Shown: in pieces, positions 1 through 13,100 of the stretch
Layout: every line of letters begins with the position of its first letter
How positions within the stretch are numbered: the stretch's first letter is position 1
DNA from: Eledone cirrhosa
Taxonomy: Eukaryota
DNA length: 64,000 bases
Reading direction: 5' to 3'
NCBI GenBank assembly: GCA_964016885.1
Contig: OZ024765.1
Coordinates: 22,010,001-22,074,000, forward strand
Program-made: the position numbers and the translations under genes
The notes under the pieces: generated by a model
The model's database searches: none
The model's input: the letters and a program-made list of their open reading frames with translations, nothing else
What the model was told of the DNA's origin: nothing

Positions 1-1385
1 TCTAACACACTATGTCATATATATACACACACTTTAGTACATACACTCTAACCCACACACTAAAACACACTATAAGATATCCATACATCCTAACACACAC
101 ACTCTAACACACACTCTAACACACTCGAAGCCTCCCACACACTCTAACACACACACTAACACACCAAAAGACCCCCCACACACTCTAACACACACAATAA
201 CACACTCGAAGCCCCCCACACACACTAACACACACACTAACACACCAAAAGACCCCCCCACACACTCTAACACACACAATAACACACTCGAAGCCCCCCA
301 CACACGCTAACACACACAATAACACACCAAAAGACCCCCCACACACTCTAACACACACAATAACACACTCGAAGCCCCCCACACACACTAACACACACAC
401 TAACACACCAAAAGACCCCCCACACAGTCTAACACACACAATAACACACTCGAAGCCCCCCACACACACTAACACACCAAAAGACCCCCCCACACACTCT
501 AACACACACAATAACACACTCGAAGCCCCCCACACACTCTAACACACACACTAACACACCAAAAGACCCCCCACACACTCTAACACACACAATAACACAC
601 CCGAAGCCCCCCACACACTCTAACACACACACTAACACACCAAAAGACCCCCCACACACTCTAACACACACAATAACACACTCGAAGCCCCCCCCCCCTC
701 CCCCCACACACACTCTAACACACACAATAACACACCAAAAGACCCCGCACACACTCTAACACACACAATAACACACTCGAAGCCCCCCACACACACTAAC
801 ACACACACTAACACACCAAAAGACCCCCCACACACTCTAACACACACAATAACACACTCGAAGCCCCCCACACACACTAACACACAATAACACACTCAAA
901 GCCCCCCCCCCCACACACACTCTAACACACACAATAACACACTCGAAGCCCCCCCCCCACACTCTAACACACACACTAACACACCAAAAGACCCCCCACA
1001 CACGCTAACACACACACTAACACACTCGAAGCCCCCCCCACACACTCTAACACACACAATAACACACCAAAAGACCCCGCACACACTCTAACACACACAA
1101 TAACACACTCGAAGCCCCCCACACACACTAACACACACAATAACACACCAAAAGACCCCGCACACACTCTAACACAGACAATAACACACTCGAAGCCCCC
1201 CCCCCACACACACACACACTCTAACACACACAATAACACACCAAAAGACCCCGCACACACTCTAACACACACAATAACACACTCGAAGCCCCCCCCCACA
1301 CACTCTAACACACACAATAACACACTCGAAGCCCACACACTCTAACATACACAATAACACACCAAAAAAAACCCACACTCTAATG
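1..1385. repeat. C/A-rich minisatellite with alternating ~40-bp subunits, inside a hemocyanin FU-e internal intron
   Basis: Repeats of CACACACTCTAACACACACAATAACACACTCGAAGCCCCC alternating with ...AACACACCAAAAGACCCCCC. Confidence 0.95.
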
Positions 1386-1480
1386 ACAAAGTACAGGTTT
1401 AAAAATATATTTCTGCTGCCATTTCTTCAATTCTTCACCATTTTGTTTCAATTTAAGTGAACCAAGTGAATCTGTTTCAG

Positions 1481-1721
1481 GTTTGTGATGATAAGAATAC
1501 ATGTCATGACGGCAGCCATTTTGCTGTTTTGGGAGGAAGTGCTGAAATGCCGTGGGCTTTTGACCGTCTTTATCTCATGGATATCACTGATGTTCTTCAC
1601 GATATGAAGCTGAAATTTGATTCTCATTTCCACATCCTTCACCATATTGAGACAACCAATGGAACTGAGTTACCATCACACCTAATTCCTGATTCAACTA
1701 TTATTCATATTCCGGCAATAA
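1481..1721 (+). CDS. Hemocyanin exon, C-terminal part of functional unit e
   Basis: TTTCAG acceptor ends at 1480. Translation VCDDKNTCHDGSHFAVLGGSAEMPWAFDRLYLMDIT...IIHIPAI contains the hemocyanin LGGxxEMPWAFDRLY motif. GTAAGT donor at 1722 gives a phase-1 linker intron. FU identity is inferred from its position before FU-f. Confidence 0.9.
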
Positions 1722-1740
1722 GTAAGTTGTCTGTCTTTAA

Positions 1741-2374
1741 CCCATTTAAAGCGGTTGTATCCAGCCAGAAATCTCTCACCTCTTTCTGTTCAAACTGGTC
1801 ATAACCAGCTGCTTATACCAAAATTAAGGTATTATTCTCAAAATAAATAATATCAAAATCTCATAGATTCGATATTATGTGAGATATTATGTAAAGTAAA
1901 GACTTTACTGTGAAAATACAATAGTATATATAGAGTAATGTAAATGTTATGTGAGATATTATGTAAAGTAAAGACTTTACTGTGAAAATACAATAGTATA
2001 TATAGAGTAATGTAAATGTTATGTGAGATATTATGTGAGGTAAAGCCTTTACTGTGAAAATACAATAGTATATATAGAGTAATGTAAATGTTATGTGAGA
2101 TATTATGTAAAGTAAAGACTTTACTGTGAAAATACAACAATATATATAGAGTAATGTAAATGCTATGTGAGATATTATGTGATGTAAAGCCTTTACTGTG
2201 AAAATACAATAGTATATATAGAGTAATGTAAATGTTATGTGAGATATTATGTGAGGTAAAGCCTTTACTGTGAAAATACAATAGTATATATAGAGTAATG
2301 TAAATGTTATGTGAGATAAAGCCTTTACTGTGAAAATACAATAGTAAATATAGAGTAATGTAAATGGTAAAGGG
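1741..2374. mobile_element. TTAA-flanked piggyBac-type MITE with ~7 internal 72-bp repeat units
   Basis: TTAA|CCCATTTAAA...TAAATGGTAAAGGG|TTAA. The left body and the 72-bp unit match the copies at 35185 and 39829. Confidence 0.8.
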
Positions 2375-2510
2375 TTAAATATTATCTTATTTTTCTTCTC
2401 TTCATTCTTCTGTCTAAATAATATACTTTATTTTTAGTACATTTGAAAAGAGTGTTTTAACCCTGAAATATTACATTGAAATATACTGGGTAAAACATTA
2501 CTTTGTTTTA

Positions 2511-2745
2511 AATACATATAAAAATGAGAAAACTCACCAGTAGAACAGCTGTTAAAGCATCTAAATACTGTCAAAGTCAGCGATGGGTAAAAATGCCTCA
2601 GAGGACAGAGACCAGTGGTCAATGGTCAAGAGAGAGACAATCCACAAGGTGGGTGACAGTCATTTTTGTCCATCACTGTCTTTGATAGCATTTATCTGTT
2701 TTAACAGCTGTTCTAGCGATAAGTTTTCTCATTTTTATATGTATT
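2511..2745. repeat. Imperfect inverted repeat with ~85-bp arms (foldback or MITE)
   Basis: AATACATATAAAAATGAGAAAACT..TAGAACAGCTGTTAAA.. at 2511-2597 is the reverse complement of about 2661-2745. Confidence 0.75.
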
Positions 2746-2963
2746 GAAATACATTCTCGCTTCAACTCAATCAGAGACAACATTGTTTTACTTTGTTTTG
2801 TTTCATTTGTCATCTTTTGTCCTCAATATATTTCTACTGTATTGTACCGGCTTATTGAAACTTATCAGCCACTTAACCTTAGTATTTCTTACCAATCACA
2901 ATCTATCTATTGATCTATTGATTCTCTGTTTTAATTGAATGTCCATCTTTTGTTGTGAAACAG

Positions 2964-3625
2964 GACAAGACAAACAAAGATTTATTCCACACAACAGAAT
3001 CCGTCGAAACATCAACTCTTTGGAAGAAAGAGATGTCCAAAATATCATGGCCGCCTTAACACGTATGAAAGAAGATGAGAGCAGTTTTGGATTCCAGACT
3101 GTTGCTAGTTATCACGGCTCTATAATGTGTCCTGATCCAGAGAATGCTAAATACTCTTGTTGCCAACATGGTATGGCTACTTTCCCTCACTGGCATCGTG
3201 TTTATATCTTACAATTTGAAGAAGCTCTCCGAAGACATGGTTCTAATGTGGCAGTTCCTTACTGGGACTGGACAACGGCTAGTGACAAATTACCAAATCT
3301 TTTGTCTACTTCTGATTATTATGATGCATGGAGTGATATTGTCGTTGAAAACCCTTTCCTCAGAGGTTACATCAAGTCAGAAGATACATACACTGTACGA
3401 GATATTCAAGCAGAGTTATTCACCTTTGCCAAGGGAGGTAAAGAGTCATTGTTGTACGAACAAGTTCTTTTGATGCTCGAACAAGACGATTTTTGTGATT
3501 TTGAAGTCCAATTCGAAGTTATACACAATTCCGTCCATTATCTTTTGGGAGGACATCAGAAATATGCCATGTCTAGCTTGGTGTACAGTTCTTTTGATCC
3601 AATATTTTACATTCATCATTCCATG
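2964..3625 (+). CDS. Hemocyanin functional unit f, exon 1
   Basis: ACAG acceptor ends at 2963 (phase 1). Contains IRRNINSL, CuA motifs SYHG / CCQHG / FPHWHR, PYWDW, and CuB motifs HNSVH and FDPIFYIHHSM. GTAAGT donor at 3626 (phase 0). Close to the recalled octopus FU-f sequence. Confidence 0.95.
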
Positions 3626-3702
3626 GTAAGTAAAACTTTTCTGATATTACATCTTTCTTATTTCATTCACACTACTTTTACAGAAACATCTGTCACGTTG
3701 AC

Positions 3703-3860
3703 TTCTTCAGAGCTGAGTTAGGAGATCATTAGACTGAAGAGCTAAAGGTCCTTGGTTCAATCCCGGGGCTTGACATCCTGTGGTTGGTCATATATTAATG
3801 GTGGTGCCCCAGCATGGCCTTAGTCAGTTGGTTGGGACATGTCAATAGAATAGAATCTAA
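3703..3860 (+). mobile_element. Degenerate tRNA-Phe(GAA)-like head followed by a SINE-type tail
   Basis: AGCTGAGTTAGGAGATCATTAGACTGAAGAGCTAAAGGTCCTTGGTTCAATCCCGG follows the eukaryotic tRNA-Phe D, anticodon and T arms, but the acceptor stem is broken. It is followed by GGTGCCCCAGCATGGCC and a short (AATAG)n tail. Confidence 0.65.
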
Positions 3861-3926
3861 GTTATGTTACTGAATCATACAACTGACATTTATTTTCAAA
3901 CAGAACACAGACAAAGGGGGAAGCCA

Positions 3927-4190
3927 TTAACAGCCGGAGCTCAGCCGCCGGGGTCCTGACTCTCTTCCTATACATATATATATATGTATACTACCATTAC
4001 TACCACCACCACCACCTCTACTACCACCACCACCTCTACTACTACTACTTTCTGGAGACATGATAAAACCCTTCCATCTCCCACAATCCAACATTAACCA
4101 CCTCAATTCTTCACCAAATAATTCTGTATCTTCCTCAATGATTCTCTTTAATGTCTTGGGAGATCTTCCTCGTTTGTGTTTCACATTTAA
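3927..4190 (-). mobile_element. Degraded 3' remnant of a LINE (RTE-like)
   Basis: Minus-strand KHKRGRSPKTLKRIIEED...GRW resembles the RGRP..W C-terminus of RTE ORFs and is interrupted by microsatellites. Confidence 0.4.
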
Positions 4191-4228
4191 CAGGAATTGA
4201 TTGAATTTATTTGATTAAATTATTTCAG

Positions 4229-4811
4229 GTTGACCGTCTCTGGGCAATTTGGCAAGATTTACAAGAACACAGAAAGATGCCGTACGACAAAGCTTACTGC
4301 GCCCTTGACCAAATGTCTGTAGCTATGAAACCTTTCATCTGGGAATCAAACCCAAGTCTCAATACCCGAGCTCTGTCTACTCCAAGTATGTTATTTGATT
4401 ACAAAGGTTTTGGATATAAATACGACAACCTAGATTTATATGGTATGGATACGGAACATTTGGAGAAAGAAATTCAGAAACTGAAAAACAAGGACCGTGT
4501 GTTTGCTACTTTCTTACTTCACGGCATCAAAACATCGGCTGATGTCCACCTGAAGTTATGTGATGACAAGGAATGTTCCGAAGTTGGTGTTGTGTTTATT
4601 TTAGGAGGAGAAACTGAGATGCCTTGGCATTTTGATAGAACCTTTAAAATGGACATCACAAGTGTTCTAAAAGACAAGGGTATCGCCATGGAGTCTCTCT
4701 TTGATCACAACAGTAAAGTACATTTAGAGATTGAAATAACAACAATAGATGGCGTTGTTTTAGATCAGAGTTCTCTCCCTAAACCTTCATTGGTATACTC
4801 TCCCGCTAAAG
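4229..4811 (+). CDS. Hemocyanin functional unit f, exon 2
   Basis: TTTCAG acceptor ends at 4228. VDRLWAIWQ...LGGETEMPWHFDR...YSPAK continues exon 1 in frame (HHSM|VDRLW). GTAAGA donor at 4812 (phase 1). Confidence 0.95.
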
Positions 4812-5159
4812 GTAAGATAGTATAGCATTTTTTTATTATTCACACTTGTATACATAACATTACACATTGTTCATAATTCTTACAGAATGAAAATATAAAC
4901 ACATATCTTCTTCTTCTTCTTCTTCACCCACTTATTCCCAAGAGGGTTGTGGGGGTTCAGAGTCCTCAAATACTCCCTCCATCAGGCCCTGTCAGAAGCA
5001 ACCATCTCCAACTCACCCAGCTGGGTCCCTAAGCGTGACCAGCCAATATTGCTCAATAACTTTTATACAATGTCAACAGAATTTCATGACATTCAGAGAT
5101 TTTGTATATAAAAAATGTTTATTTTTCATAATTGAAATATATTTCAATCAATAATTTAT

Positions 5160-5515
5160 CTCTTCTTCTTCTTGTGCCATCACTGTATGAGTGTTTGATG
5201 AACCATGACGTTCCACACTGTTTGATCTCAAGTGAGATGCCATATTTCAGTGGCTTTAATGTTGATATTGTCAAAAAATGACCTCCTTTGCTAACCTCTG
5301 ACACATTCCCCATGAATTTCTCCGCTAATAGAAAGGTCTTCCAGCATGTCCTAGGAACATTAGTTGTCTCTATTTAATAGTAAGCAGTATCTTACATTCC
5401 ATCCTCACTCTCTTCAAAACTTCTTCATTATTTATTCAGTCAACGTACAAGATCTTGAGTATTCTGTGATAGAAATACATCTCGGTAGACATGAGGTATC
5501 TCCACGTCTGATTCA
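5160..5515 (-). mobile_element. Degraded RTE-type LINE 3' fragment
   Basis: Minus strand gives an interrupted EMYFYHRILKI..INNEEVLKRV-like segment and a (AAG)n tail. Confidence 0.5.
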
Positions 5516-5626
5516 TGAAGTCCATGATTCATAGCTCTAAAGAAGTTTATTGGGTTATATTAAAATTCTTTCTATCCTGTTTTTGTTATTTCATAGCTGA
5601 TAACTTGCTGTGTTTTGTTTTGACAG

Positions 5627-6826
5627 GATTTGTCCATCGACACCACCATGTTGACCATGCTGAGGGAGCAATTATTAGGAAGAATGTTAACAGTTTGACC
5701 CCATCTGAGATTGACAACTTAAGACACGCTTTAACTGATGTTATGGCTGACCACTCTGAGAATGGATTCCAGAAAATTGCTGGTTACCACGGCATGCCAC
5801 TTGGCTGTAAATATGAGAATGGTACAGAATATGCCTGCTGTCAACATGGAATGGTAACATTCCCCCATTGGCATAGACTGTTTGTAAAGCAGATGGAAGA
5901 TGCCATGAAGTTAAAAGGTGCCAAGACAGGTATTCCATATTGGGACTGGACTATGCCTTTTACTGAGCTTCCAGTGTTGGTTACTGAAGAGAAGGACAAT
6001 CCATTCCACCACGGACATATTGATTCAGTTGATAAAATAACCACAAGACAACCGCGATATCAACTCTTTGAAGGTCGATCTTTCTTCTATGATCAAATTA
6101 TGTTTGCATTGGAACAAACTAACTTCTGTGACTTTGAAATCCAGTTTGAAATATCCCACAATGCCATTCACTCTTGGATAGGAGGAAGTTCTCCTTATGG
6201 AATGTCCACTCTCCATTACACATCCTATGATCCACTCTTTTACTTACATCATTCAAATACAGATCGAATCTGGGCTGTCTGGCAAGCATTGCAGAAGTAT
6301 CGAGGACTTCCCTATAATAGCGCCAACTGTGAAATCAATAAACTTAAGAAAGATCTCAACCCATTCAGTTCTGATGCCAACCATAACGAAGACACGAAAT
6401 CTCACTCTACAGGAGAGTTAGCTTTTGATTATCACAATTTACACTACGACTATGATAACATCATCTTCCATGGAATGACCATTCCACAGTTGGAAGTTGA
6501 ATTACACAATTCAAAGAAAAAAGACAGAGTATATGCTGGCTTCCTGTTACGTACCATTGGACAATCTGCTGATGTTGAATTTGATGTATGTCGCACGGAC
6601 GGAGAATGTAAACCAGCAGGAACATTCTGTATTTTAGGTGGCAAGTACGAGATGTTCTGGGCATTTGATCGTCTCTTTAAATACGACATAAGTAGCACAT
6701 TAGAACAACTCGGCCTCCATGCTCACGATCAGTTCAGTATGAAGATAACTATAAAGTCTACAGATGGAACCATATTACCTTCCAGTCTTATACCACCACC
6801 AAGTATCACTTATCTTCCAGCTTCAG
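5627..6826 (+). CDS. Hemocyanin functional unit g (single exon)
   Basis: GACAG acceptor ends at 5626. AIIRKNVNSLTPS, YHGMPLGCKYENGTEYACCQHGMVTFPHWHR and HNAIHSWIGGSSPYGMSTLHYTSYDPLFYLHHSNTDR closely match the recalled Octopus FU-g; all six Cu-binding His are present. It ends at CAG|GTTAGT (donor) or, if unspliced, at TAG 6829-6831. Confidence 0.95.
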
Positions 6827-7149
6827 GTTAGTTCAGCCATTTGCAATTTTCATTATTTCCATCATGGCAGCTAACAAATCTCACAATATATTTTCTATTA
6901 TTTATTCTTCCAAACTTTAAATACTTTTAAAATAAGATCAATGAAATATTTGATGTTATATTTAACTATATAATTTCTTAAATTAATTGATATTATGTAG
7001 GTTGTTAGATAAATTCTATCAGTTGTGTAAACTCCAGATCAGTGGAGGTAGTTTGTCTCGTATACACCAGAACTGATCTCACATCCAGCTTTATTATATA
7101 GCTTCTCTCTCGAATATATAAGGTATATTTCATTGTGAAACATGGATGA

Positions 7150-10100
7150 CACACAGACACTGACATACATACACAGAGAGACACGCATACACTGACATAC
7201 ATACAGAGAGGACACATACACTGACATACATACAGAGAGAGACATACATACACAGACATACATACAGAGAGAGACATACATACACTGACATACATACAGA
7301 GAGACACATACATACACTGACATATATACAGAGAGACACATACACTGACATACATACAGAGAGAGACACATACACTGATATACATACAGAGAGAGACATA
7401 CACTGACATACATACAGAGAGAGACACACAGACACTGACATACATACAGAGAGAGACATACACTGACATACATACAGAGAGACACACATACACTGACATA
7501 CATACAGAGAGACACATACACTGACATACATACAGAGAGACACACATACACTGACATACATACAGAGAGAGACACACATACACAGACATACATACAGAGA
7601 GACACATATACTGACATACATACAGAGAGACACACATACACTGACATACATACAGAGAGACACATATACACTGACATACATACAGAGAGACACACATACA
7701 CTGACATACATACAGAGAGAGACACACATACACAGACATACATACAGAGAGACACATATACTGACATACATACAGAGAGACACACATACACTGACATACA
7801 TACAGAGAGAGACACACATACACAGACATACATACAGAGAGACACATATACACTGACATACATACAGAGAGAGACACATACACTGACATACATACAGAGA
7901 GACACACATACACTGACATACATACAGACACACATACACTGACATACATACAGAGAGACACATACACTGACATACATACAGACACACATACACTGACATA
8001 CATACAGAGAGACACATATACTGACATACATACAGAGAGACACACATACACTGACATACATACAGAGAGAGACACACATACACAGACATACATACAGAGA
8101 GACACATATACTGACATACATACAGAGAGACACACATACACTGACATACATACAGAGAGACACACATACACTGACATACATACAGACACACATACACTGA
8201 CATACATACAGAGAGACACATACACTGACATACATACAGAGAGACACATATACTGACATACATACAGAGAGACACACATACACTGACATACATACAGAGA
8301 GACACACATACACTGACATACATACAGACACACATACACTGACATACATACAGAGAGACACATATACTGACATACATACAGAGAGACACACATACACTGA
8401 CATACATACAGAGAGACACACATACACTGACATACATACAGACACACATACACTGACATACATACAGAGAGACACATACACTGACATACATACAGAGAGA
8501 CACACATACATACAGAGAGACACATACACTGACATACATACAGACACACATACACTGACATACATACAGACACACATATATACAGAGAGACACATACACT
8601 GACATACATACAGAGAGACACATACACTGACATACATACAGACACACATACATACAGAGAGACACACATACACTGACATACATACAGAGAGACACATACA
8701 CTGACATATATACAGAGAGACACATACACTGACATACATACAGACACACATATATACAGAGAGACACATACACTGACATACATACAGAGAGACACACATA
8801 CACTGACATACATACAGAGAGACACACATACACTGACATACATACAGAGAGACACACATACACTGACATACATACAGAGAGACACACATACACTGACATA
8901 CATACAGAGAGACACATACACTGACATACATACAGACACACATACATACAGAGAGACACACATACACTGACATACATACAGAGAGACACATACACTGACA
9001 TATATACAGAGAGACACATACACTGACATACATACAGACACACATATATACAGAGAGACACATACACTGACATACATACAGAGAGACACACATACACTGA
9101 CATACATACAGAGAGACACACATACACTGACATACATACAGAGAGACACATACACTGACATACATACAGAGAGAGACACATACACTGACATACATACAGA
9201 GAGACACATACACTGACATACATACAGAGAGAGACACATACACTGACATACATACAGAGAGAGACATACACTGACATACATACAGAGAGAGACACATACA
9301 CTGACATACATACAGAGAGACACACATACACTGACATACATACAGAGAGAGACATACACTGACATACATACAGAGAGACACTACACTGACATACATACAG
9401 AGAGACACATACACTGACATACATACAGAGAGACACACATACACTGACATACATACAGAGAGAGACATACACTGACATACATACAGAGAGAGACACATAC
9501 ACTGACATACATACAGAGAGACACACATACACTGACATACATACAGAGAGAGACATACACTGACATACATACAGAGAGACACTACACTGACATACATACA
9601 GAGAGACACATACACTGACATACATACAGAGAGACACACATACACTGACATACATACAGAGAGACACACATACACTGACATACATACAGAGAGAGACATA
9701 CACTGACATACATACAGAGAGAGACACATACACTGACATACATACAGAGAGAGACACATACACTGACATACATACAGAGAGAGACACATACACTGACATA
9801 CATACAGAGAGACACATACACTGACATACATACAGAGAGAGACACATACACTGACATACATACAGAGAGACACACATACACTGACATACATACAGAGAGA
9901 GACATACACTGACATACATACAGAGAGAGACACATACACTGACATACATACAGAGAGACACACATACACTGACATACATACAGAGAGAGACATACACTGA
10001 CATACATACAGAGAGACACACATACACTGACATACATACAGAGAGACACATACACTGACATACATACAGAGAGACACACATACACTGACATACATACAGA

Positions 10101-13100
10101 GAGAGACATACACTGACATACATACAGAGAGAGACATACACTGACATACATACAGAGAGACACACATACACTGACATACATACAGAGAGACACATACACT
10201 GACATACATACAGAGAGACACACATACACTGACATACATACAGAGAGAGACATACACTGACATACATACAGAGACACACATACACTGACATACATACAGA
10301 GAGACACACATACACTGACATACATACAGAGAGACACATACACTGACATACATACAGAGAGACACACATACACTGACATACATACAGAGAGAGACATACA
10401 CTGACATACATACAGAGAGACACATACACTGACATACATACAGAGAGACATACATACACTGACATACATACAGAGAGAGACATACACTGACATACATACA
10501 GAGAGAGACATACACTGACATACATACAGAGAGAGACATACACTGACATACATACAGAGAGACACATACACTGACATACATACAGAGAGACGACAACATA
10601 CACTGACATACATACAGAGAGACACATACACTGACATACATACAGAGAGACACACATACACTGACATACATACAGAGAGAGACACATACACTGACATACA
10701 TACAGAGAGACACATACACTGACATACATACAGAGAGACACACATACACTGACATACATACAGAGAGACACATACACTGACATACATACAGAGAGACACA
10801 CATACACTGACATACATACAGAGAGACACACATACACTGACATACATACAGAGAGACACACATACACTGACATACATACAGAGAGAGACACATACACTGA
10901 CATACATACAGAGAGACAACATACACTGACATACATACAGAGAGACACATACACTGACATACATACAGAGAGACACACATACACTGACATACATACAGAG
11001 AGAGACACATACACTGACATACATACAGAGAGACACATACACTGACATACATACAGAGAGAGACATACACTGACATACATACAGAGAGACACATACACTG
11101 ACATACATACAGAGAGAGACACATACACTGACATACATACAGAGAGACACATACACTGACATACATACAGAGAGACACATACACTGACATACATACAGAG
11201 AGACACACATACACTGACATACATACAGAGAGACACATACACTGACATACATACAGAGAGACACATACACTGACATACATACAGAGAGAGACATACACTG
11301 ACATACATACAGAGACACATACACTGACATACATACAGAGAGAGACACATACACTGACATACATACAGAGAGAGACACATACACTGACATACATACAGAG
11401 AGGCACACATACACTGACATACATACAGAGAGACACATACACTGACATACATACAGAGAGGCACACATACACTGACATACATACAGAGAGACACATACAC
11501 TGACATACATACAGAGAGGCACACATACACTGACATACATACAGAAGAGACACACATACACTGACATACATACAGAGACACATACACTGACATACATACA
11601 CAGAGACACACATACACTGACATACATACAGAGACACATACACTGACATACATACAGAGAGACACATACACTGACATACATACAGAGAGACACATACACT
11701 GACATACATACAGAGAGACACATACACTGACATACATACAGAGAGACACATACACTGACATACATACAGAGAGACACATACACTGACATACATACAGAGA
11801 GACACACATACACTGACATACATACAGAGAGAGACACATACACTGACATACATACAGAGAGACACATACACTGACATACATACAGAGAGACATACATACA
11901 CTGACATACATACAGAGAGACACATACTACTGACATACATACAGAGAGACACACATACACTGACATACATACAGAGAGAGACACATACACTGACATACAT
12001 ACAGAGAGACACATACACTGACATACATACAGAGAGACACAATACACTGACATACATACAGAGAGACACATACACTGACATACATACAGAGAGACACATA
12101 CACTGACATACATACAGAGAGACACATACACTGACATACATACAGAGAGACACATACACTGACATACATACAGAGAGACACACATACACTGACATACATA
12201 CAGAGAGCACACATACACTGACATACATACAGAGAGACACATACACTGACATACATACAGAGAGACACACATACACTGACATACATACAGAGAGACACAC
12301 ATACACTGACATACATACAGAGAGACACATACACTGACATACATACAGAGAGACACACATACACTGACATACATACAGAGAGACACATACACTGACATAC
12401 ATACAGAGAGACACACATACACTGACATACATACAGAGAGACACACATACACTGACATACATACAGAGAGAGACACATACACTGACATACATACAGAGAG
12501 ACACACATACACTGACATACATACAGAGAGACACACATACACTGACATACATACAGAGAGACACATATACACTGACATACATACAGAGAGACACATACAC
12601 TGACATACATACAGAGAGACACATACACTGACATACATACAGAGAGACACACATACACTGACATACATACAGAGAGACACACATACACTGACATATATAC
12701 AGAGAGACACATACACTGACATACATACAGAGAGACACATACACTGACATACATACAGAGAGACACATACACTGACATACATACAGAGAGAGAGAGACAT
12801 ACACTGACATACATACAGAGAGACACATACACTGACATACATACAGAGAGGCACACATACACTGACATACATACAGAGAGACACATACACTGACATACAT
12901 ACAGAGAGACACATACACTGACATACATACAGAGAGACACACATACACTGACATACATACAGAGACACATACACTGACATACATACAGAGAGACACACAT
13001 ACACTGACATACATACAGAGAGACACATACACTGACATACATACAGAGAGACACACATACACTGACATACATACAGAGACACATACACTGACATACATAC

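Noticed and set aside
70-1338. Val/Cys/Gly-rich minus-strand ORFs
   Set aside because: Translations of the intronic minisatellite.
3703-3775. Functional tRNA-Phe gene
   Set aside because: The acceptor and D stems do not pair properly and there is no oligo-T terminator directly downstream.
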